Assembly: GCA_910584295.1 (NCBI GenBank)
Contig: CAJTYR010000002.1
Location: 136,930-200,929, forward strand
Origin: an uncultured Christensenella sp.
Lineage (GTDB): Bacteria > Bacillota > Clostridia > Christensenellales > UBA1242
Length of the DNA stretch: 64,000 bases
Reading direction: 5' to 3'
The notes beneath the pieces are model-generated. The model searched no databases and had not been told where the DNA came from. It worked only from the letters and a program-made list of their open reading frames with translations. Made by a program: the position numbers and the translations under genes. Position 1 is the stretch's first letter, and the number at the start of each line of letters is the position of its first letter. This document shows, in pieces, positions 10,372 through 19,300 of this stretch.

Positions 10372-13300
10372 ATGACAAAAATTTTTAGAAATGTTTTGAT
10401 CAGTATATGTGGTGCATTTGCATTTTTGTTTGCAGGTATCTTTTTCTCTGGCTGTAAAGTGGATTACAGCAAAATTTCATTGGTATCAAATGTTTCTTCA
10501 GTTGAACTTGAAGTTGGGGAGACTGCTGATGTTGTGTTTACTATAAAAAATTATAAGAAGGGCTTCAGCAACAAAATTTCAGTGGGTTCGAGAAGTGACG
10601 AAACAGAATCTATTTTCGAAGTGCCTTCTTCTTCAATTAAATATTTGAAGAATGATCAAGTCAGAGTCACAATTAAAGCGATTGCAGGCGGACATGGACA
10701 ACTGCACGTTAAGACGCTTGAGGGCAAAAAAGAGTGCTTTGTTGATGTCAGCGTCACACAATACTCAACTTCAATGTCCTCAAGAGATGGGCTTTCTTAT
10801 GTTTCAAATGACACCAATTTTACACCATCACCAAGCATGTTTGACTTTGATTTACATACTACTTACACAAAACTTTCACATTTCTATTTTTCTTCGAGAG
10901 TTGATTTTGATGAAAAAGCCTTCAAAATTGACAGTATTGATGAAGAAAATGGCACATTGAGGGGTTTTGATGGTTCTGGTGGAGAACTTGTTGGAGATAT
11001 AATTCGCTATGATGTTGCTAAACTTGAAAAAGAGGGAGAGATTAACAAACTTAAACTCTTTTCAAATGGACAGCTTGTTCATGAATTTGAAGCATTGCCA
11101 AACAATTTTAAAACTATTTCAATTTATGACTACTCAGTCGACAATCCGAATTATGAAGAAATCCTCTTTGCTTTTTCAGATGTCTATGTCTTGCCAAGTT
11201 TGAATGTTAAAGTGTCAGGTGGATACTTGAATGAAAAAACTGGAGAGGTTGACTTCAAACCGATTGATGAAGATAGAATTGTCATTGTTCCAAACAGCAC
11301 CGCTGATTTCGATATGAGACATTACATTCTTAAAATGGAGATGATTAGTGCTGTTGTTGACAGCAAAATCACATTCAAGAAAGAAACTTCAAACAACTTT
11401 GTTGACGTTGACTTGTATGATGAATTTATGGATGTGGAAGAAAATTCAGGTGATGTTGTTCACTATTGGAAGATAAGCCAAAATTCACAAATTCAAAACT
11501 CAACAGATTTGACATTCAGCGTTTTCTATGACTTGGCAAAAGAGGTTACAGATGAAAATGTTAATACAACTTTAAGTTATCAAATCGACATTGAAATTGC
11601 TCCAACTGCAGTTATGGTTAATGGCACATCTGAGCCGCAAACTTTCTATTTGTATAACGAATATGAAAATGATCGTTTTGGTTGGCAAGAAGTGCTTGTT
11701 GATGTTGTGTCTGGCTTTAATTCTTCTCCAAATTTTGATGGTGTGTATTTCACATTTGATCAAGCGAATATTGATGTTAAGTATGGTGACAATGACATTG
11801 TTGTCAGTGGGAATTCAAGACTTTACAAAGATTTGAGTAAATCTTTCTATATCAGAGGAAAGGGGGATCTTGGAAACCAAGACGCTCTCAATGCAACAGT
11901 TGTTGTTCACTTGGTGAGTGATATTTTGCCAAATGAACTCACGCTTAATCTCAATTGTGTGATTATTAAAGGTGCTACAGCAATTCTTCGCTCTGAAGAT
12001 TATCCTTTGTCAGAGAGATCTCGATTTGTTTTGGATGCTGATGCTGGACCAAAACAATTTAATGTTCAACTCTATGCAGATCAAATGTTTCAAGATGTTA
12101 CATACAGATGTCAATCAACAAAAAGCGTTGTTTTGATTGAGGTTGACAAAAATCATCCTTATATTGAGTCGGCAGGAAGATTTTTCTTAAATCTTACCAT
12201 AACTCCAGTTGATGTTGGAGATTCTGTCTATACTCTTTATCTTGACAATGGAACAAGCACTTCAATAAGTTTCTCTGTAGTGAAGACTTTGCAACCTGAA
12301 ACCACAAGAGTTTTTCTTTTGGATGCAGGAAATGATGCAGTGTCACATTTCGAATATTCAAGAAAAGACGATGCTGAATTTGACAATGTCCTTTCTCTTG
12401 AAATTTTAAACAACTCAAACAAAGAAAATATCACTTTTGGAAGTGTTGCTTACATAGGTTTTTCTGCAAATGTCAAAGCTGGAGGAATCAGCAATTCTTC
12501 AAGTGAAGGACAGATTGTTTCTGTTTCTCAAAGCCATGGCGACTATAGACTTACAACTCTTGCAAATGGAAATGATTTGATCACTTTCACACTTAAGGGT
12601 GAAGTTGTTGAAGATTTTGCAACAGTTTCAAGAGAACTTGAAATTTTTGTCTATGTCTCTTCATACTCAAGAGTGGATGAATTCTATTTGCTTAATGGCT
12701 CGGCAAGAGCAATGGAAAATGTTGTTTATTATGGAAGCAACACAAATTTGAATGACAAAACAGTCGTTTTGAGCACGGTTGTAAACAGCCAAAATTCAAG
12801 CAATTTCAATCAATATTTCTTTAATGAAAATTTCGCTGAAATTTTTGATTCTGAAAATTTGATTGATGGGGAAGAAGGCTTCACATACAATTTGACTGGA
12901 GATGAATATTATACTTCTCTCCAAAAAGAGAAATTTGACAAAAAATTTGTATATTTCTATGCGTTGAGACCAAACGATATGGCTGTTGCTGGTGGGGTCG
13001 CAACAAAAATTGAAATAACAAAATATTGGATTGACAATGGCAAAAATGAAGAATTGACAAAGACAATCGAGGTTGTTTCTTCAAATGGTTTGATGTTTTT
13101 TGCAAATGACTTCAGTTATGAAAAGAAAGATGGGGACACCACCATTGCAACCTATGAAGTTAAATTCTCAAACATATATAATGTTGGATATTATGGTACT
13201 TTTGACATTGAAACACTGACCTATGTCAATTCTTATGATACTTCTTCAATCAGTTTTGTTTTAGAGGCAAATATAAGTCAAAGAGGTCTTACAAGAAGCT

Positions 13301-16300
13301 TTAACGCAAGAATAACCTCACAACAATTCATTTCTGTTGACAACATTTCCCTTGCTTCAAGTTTGTCCGAACTTAATCTTTCAAGCAAAAAATTGACCCA
13401 TACTTTTGGTGCTTATATTTATCCATCAAATGCAACAAACAAAAGAGTTATTGCGCAATTCATTCCTTCTTCTGACTATAACACGGACAACAACCTCAAT
13501 GTGTCATTGGTGGATTGTGTGGTGCAAGAAGGTGAAAGTGGAGTTTACACAATCACAGTGTCTTGCGAAAATTTCTACAAATATTGCAATGATCGTAATA
13601 TAAAGATTGAGGAACTTACCGATGATCTTTCTGGCAGACTTTACATTTTCCCTGCTGAATGGGGAAGTTCTTACACCACGCTTGGTGGGAAAGAAGCAAT
13701 TGTGATTGATGTTCAATATTGCAATGGTTCGGAGAAGAATCCTTATGTGATTGAGACTGCTGAAGATGTCCTCGAAATAAATTCAAATGAGATGATGCTT
13801 AAGAGTCACTATAAACTTGCAACAATCATTGACATGTCATCAGTCAGCCATGCGTTGCCTATTGGTGTTTTGAATGGAGAAAATGGGTTTAGACTTGTTG
13901 GTTTTTCTGGTTCTATTATTGGAACAACATCTCAAGCAGGAATAACGAATATTGCTGTTTCAAACAATAATTTCTATGCTGAAGTTGATGGAACAATTTA
14001 TGCTGGACTTTTTGCACAGGTTGGCGGAGAGTCTGTTGATGATGCTGGGCAAAGAGCGAAAATTGAAAATGTTTCTTTCTCTGGAAAGGTTGATTTGCAG
14101 GCAGACAAAACTGCTTATGTTTCTGTTTTGACGGCAAGAAACAAAGGCAAACTTGAAAATGTTGGAGTGACAATTTATGAGTCAACCATCACAGCACAAG
14201 ATGCTGTTATGTTTGGTGGTGTGACTGGAGAAAACTTTGGTTATATTGTTCAAAATTTCACAGCATATGATGGCTCAAATTATAATGACACAAAACCAAG
14301 CATTTACAATGGTTTGGTGAGCAAAAACCTTGTTTACTTTGACGAGTTTGTCAACATTGTGACAGAAAGCAAAAATGTTTATGCTGGTGGAATTGCAGGT
14401 GTTTCTTATGGAACAATCGAAAGAATTACCTCTGAAAAAGAAACTTATAAACTCTATGGATATTCAGCATATTCAGCAATGACAAGAATTAATGTTGCAG
14501 GAAATGTAAGTGCGACAACTGAAGTGTATGTTGGTGGCGCAGTCGGAAAAGTTTCAAATGAAAAAACCTCTTCCAAGATTTTTGGAAGCACATCTGTGAT
14601 TGACAACAAGGTTGGGGGGCTTCTTGTTGGGGGACAAATCTCAACAGATGAAATTGTTGGTGATGTGAGAGATGCTATCGGCGGAATTGTTGGCTTTGCA
14701 AAAACTGACAATGTGAGAGTTGTTTCAATTGTTGAAAATGTTTCAAGAATTTTCGTCAGAGGAACATATTATGTTGGCGGAATCGCAGGATTTGACTCTT
14801 ATTTGCAAAATGCAAATCGCGTGAATTTCGGAGCAAACAACAAATTGGAAGCTGTTGATGGGGGTGCAATTGCCTATGAAGCATCAATGCTTATCAAGGC
14901 TTCAGAAGTTAACAACTATTCTGAAAAGTTGACAAATGGTCAACCAAATCCAAATCCTAAAGAAGTTTTCTATGCGATTGGAAATGCAATGACTGTAAAC
15001 AGAGATTATACCACCACTGGTGGCAAATTCTCTGCAATAAGTTATGTGAAGAGATCAAAACTTGAAGGTGTCGTCTCTTCAACAAATAGCTCAACAAATG
15101 ACTATTATGGCGATTATATAGTTCTCAAAAATGACGGAACAGCGTTCTCATATGAGTTTGAAAAGAGAGATGTTTCTCTTGGAACAGCAGAAAGTGAATA
15201 TCAAATGAAGCTTGACTCAAAGACTGAAGGCGGACAGAGTGTTAATGTTTATTTGATGTATTATTTTGCGGCAACAGGAAGGCTTAATGGGGAGAGTGAA
15301 ACTCTGATTAAGGACGAAATTTCAAGACTGAACTACATCACTCCAAATTCAAAATTCTATCCTTTCAGTTTGACAAGTCAAGATGTTTCAATTTCATCTG
15401 GCTCGACTGAAATCAGTGTGGATGTCAATGGCAACTTAACAGTCAAGAATGTTGGATTGGCATACATCACCTTAAACAGCATTTTAAATGTCAAAGAACA
15501 GCAAAAAATTTACCTCTATATTGTGAATTATTTTGATAAAGACTTTGATTTCTCGATCTTCCATACAAGACCATCAAGTTCAGGTGTGAATGTTGTTAAT
15601 GGGAGTTCGGTAAATATTTACGGAAACACAAACACAAGCGTTTATCTTGTTCCTTCTTATGAACTTAAGAAAATTGTTGGTGAGGATGGAGTTGTAACAT
15701 CCCCAGTGACGGCAGATGGAGAAAGTTTCTCTATCTCAAAAAATGGTGTTTTGAATTTCAGAAATGTAAGTTATGTTTTGGCAAAAAACACTCAACTTTT
15801 TGCAGAAGCAGAGGCTGAAAATGAAAGCAATTATTCTGTTGTTCAAGTGAACAAGCAAACGATCATCTTTGCAAAGAGTGATAAGGCTGATGAATATGAG
15901 GGAGAATTTGTTGGGGATTATTATTTGCTTAAACCAACGCTTAAGATTGCCTTCTCAATCGGAGATGTGGAGTATGTCTATTCTTATGTTTTGAGTGACA
16001 AGGCCTCAATCAGTGTTGAGGTAAGATATAAGGATGCTGCCGAAAGCATCAATCCAAGTGCATCAACAATTTCAATTAAGACAAATGAACCTTATTCTGA
16101 CAGCATTTCTGTGAAATCAACAAATGCTGATGAAGTGCTTTTCTATGAAATTTTCCAAGTTATTGATGGTGAGCAAGAGCTTATTCAAAGCAGGATGCCA
16201 AATTCTATGAATGAATTTATTAACATAGATGGCTCTGTTAATTTGGAAAAGTGGCAAACATATATCAACACAATAAACAATGAAAACGATTTGTTTGGCT

Positions 16301-19300
16301 TCAATTTCATAAAAAATCAAAATGTGTTTGAATATTCTTGCAGGGTGAACGACATGAGTAAGAGATTCTTAAATCGTGCAAATGTCAACATCTATGGTGA
16401 ATATAAAGTTTATCTTTATGCAAGTGAACTTGAATATGGTGTAAGTTCTATGTTTAGGATTATGCTTTCTGAAGCCGAGATAAATTTTGTGGACATCACA
16501 AACTATTCAAATCAAAAAGATTTGTCTGTTGCAGATGAAATTGTTGTTCCTTCTCAAACTGGACTTCTTGAAATTGCTGTTGATCCAGTTGAAGCAACAT
16601 TTAACAAAATTGAAATTTCAAACAGTGAACTTAACTATCAAAAAGGTGCGACTGAAGCTTCTCTGCTCTTTGTGTATGAGAAGAATTCAGAGGACGGAGT
16701 TGAGTTTGTTGCAGCACAGAATTTCGGTGTGTATCAAAATGGAAAACTTTCATTTACATATCAAGATATGGTCAACTATTTTGAAACATTGAATGATGAA
16801 TTCAATAGAAAAAATGGTGTTTTAAACAAGAATGATAAAAACTATCAAAAATTTGTAGATTATATTGGAAAAGTCTATGTTTCATATTATATGCCTTCTC
16901 TTAATGTTGACGATGGAGTCAAAGTTGGATTTGATTTATCTGTTTACTATGGAAAAGACAATATAAGACAAGACAATCACATCAATCTTATTACAAAACT
17001 TGGAAGCTATGCAAGGCTTAAGTTTGATGACAAAAATGAGGCAAATGGGGCTGTTTATGTTGCAAGAGGATTGACTTATGGGCTTTCTATGGAATCTTAT
17101 GGTTTCTCTAATGATCAAATTTCCGTTGCTGTGAAAGTTGATGGCCGTCCAGACAATTCTTTGGCAGAGATTTCTGGTGGAAATGGAAAGTATACTCTTT
17201 CAATCAGTTCAGATTCAATCAATTATGGTGGAAGCGATGATCCAGGAAGAAAAATTGAAATAGTTACAACAGCAGAAAAATTTGTTGACAATCAGCCTAT
17301 TAAAACGGAAAGTGTTTTGACAGTTTATATCATGGAGTATGTCCTTAATTATGTCTATGTCACCGGAGTGAATGAAGATATTGTAAAGGGGATGGAAGAT
17401 GGAATTATTCACACTGCTGTAGGAAATCCTTATGAGCTTCAATTTGAAATCAGTCCATTCCTTGAATATGACAGTTCAAACAGCACAATCATCGAAGAGG
17501 TTGAAGTGTTTGTTGAAGAGATGACAAAAAATATTGAATGGGCAGTCTATTATAATGAAACAAAAGATGTGCTTGAAAATGAAAAGGTGATAAGAACTGA
17601 TTATTTCAACATAAATTCTCAAACAGTGACCCCACTTCGTATTTATAATCCAGAGACAAATCTCTATCATTTCTCTGCGAAATCTTATTATCGCATTGAA
17701 AATGGAACTTATTCATATTCAAGTATCGCAACTGGTGCAAACGAAATGTATACCGAATTTGCATTTAAGGTTCACGAACAAAGCACTCAAGACAGTCCTA
17801 TACCAGTTGAGAGTTATGAAGATTTTGTTGCTATGAAAGATGGCGAATGGTATATCTTGCTTAAAGATATCACATTGCCAAGCAGTGAAGTTGCGTCTGT
17901 TTTTGGCGGAACACAATTTAAGCCATTGACTGCTAAACTTGCTGGTTTTGATGGGAATGGTTATCGCATCAACATGGCTGGAACTTATGAATATCTTGAC
18001 GACTCAAACATAGGTTTGTTTGAATCTGTTCCTGATGGTATGATTTTGCAAAATGTTGACATTTGTGTTGCCACAGACACTGTGATCAAAACAAATCAAT
18101 CTGGATTTAATGTTGGTCTTTTGACTGCTTCTAATGAGGGAGTTATAACAAATTGTGAAGTGTACTCTCAATCAAATTCAAGTTTGTCTGTTGTTGCTCC
18201 AAGTGAAGCTAGTTCTGCTTATGTTGGTGGTCTTGTTGGAAACAACTCTGGACACATCACTCATTCAAGATCAAAAGTGAACATCAGAGCTGATGTCAAT
18301 GTTGCTGGCTTTGTTGGACAAAACTCTGGAAAGATTGCAAGTTCATTCTTTATGGGGGCAAGCATCAAAAACCAGAGAACTGGTGGAACATCCGAGTATA
18401 CTGCAGGTTTTGCTGTTGCAAACAGCGGTGAGATTTATACTTCTTATGTGAGCGGTGATCCTTCTGAATCTGGTCTTGACGAACATGTATACTATCAAGG
18501 CTCGCAAGACTCAATTGAGTCAAGTAATAACATTGCTGGGTTTGTATATACAAATACTGGAAATGTGCATGATTGTTATTCAAATATTGCAATTAAGCAA
18601 AGTGGTGCTTTCTCTGCTGGATTTATTTTTGAGAACTCTGGGCTTATTGAAAGAAGCTTTTCAACAAGTGTGCTTGGGAGCAATCAAACTTCAAACTATG
18701 GCTTTATGAGAACAAACAATATTGGCACAACAGAAGGTCTTGTTGAAGATTGTTTCTATCTTTCAGATGTTGGAATAAATGTCAGCATTGGAACTATTGT
18801 GCAAAATGAAAGGCTTGATCTTTCAAAACTTACTATAGTAGACTTTATGGATATCGACAACTTTAAGAATTTTGTTGTTGAAGAAGGAAGAAATATCAAT
18901 TCTGTTTGGTTCTTCTCAAGATCAAGTGCAAATCCAATAAACTTCAATGGCTCTATCTTTGATTTGAACAGGCCTGAGTTGGTTGCTGCAAATATTGAAG
19001 CGACTTCCATGAGACAACTTGACAGAACTGAAGCTGTGGTTGATCCAGAAACCGGAATGTCTTCTGTGAGATATATTTATACTTATGTGCCAGGAAATCC
19101 TGCTTTGGGTACGGCGGAAAATCCAATTTTGATTTATGATGCAACGACAATGGAAGATTATATCGTTCGTCAAAACAATGGTGCCGGATATAATTATGGT
19201 TATTACAGATTGATTAATGATATTGACTACGCCGAATTTGAAAGCAACAGCAAACTCTATCAAACAAAGTTTATGGGGTATATTGAAGGAAACTTCATGG

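Noticed and set aside
14454-14711. P/T/S-rich antisense ORFs inside the giant gene. Similar cases lie at 19341-19550, 19608-19865 and 19977-20177, along with many shorter alternate-frame ORFs between 10652 and 20818.
   Set aside because: They lie entirely within the 10.7-kb + strand ORF. Their proline/threonine/serine-rich composition is the mirror image of the Gly/Val/Ile-rich GLUG repeats. They have no RBS or independent signals, so they are shadow ORFs.
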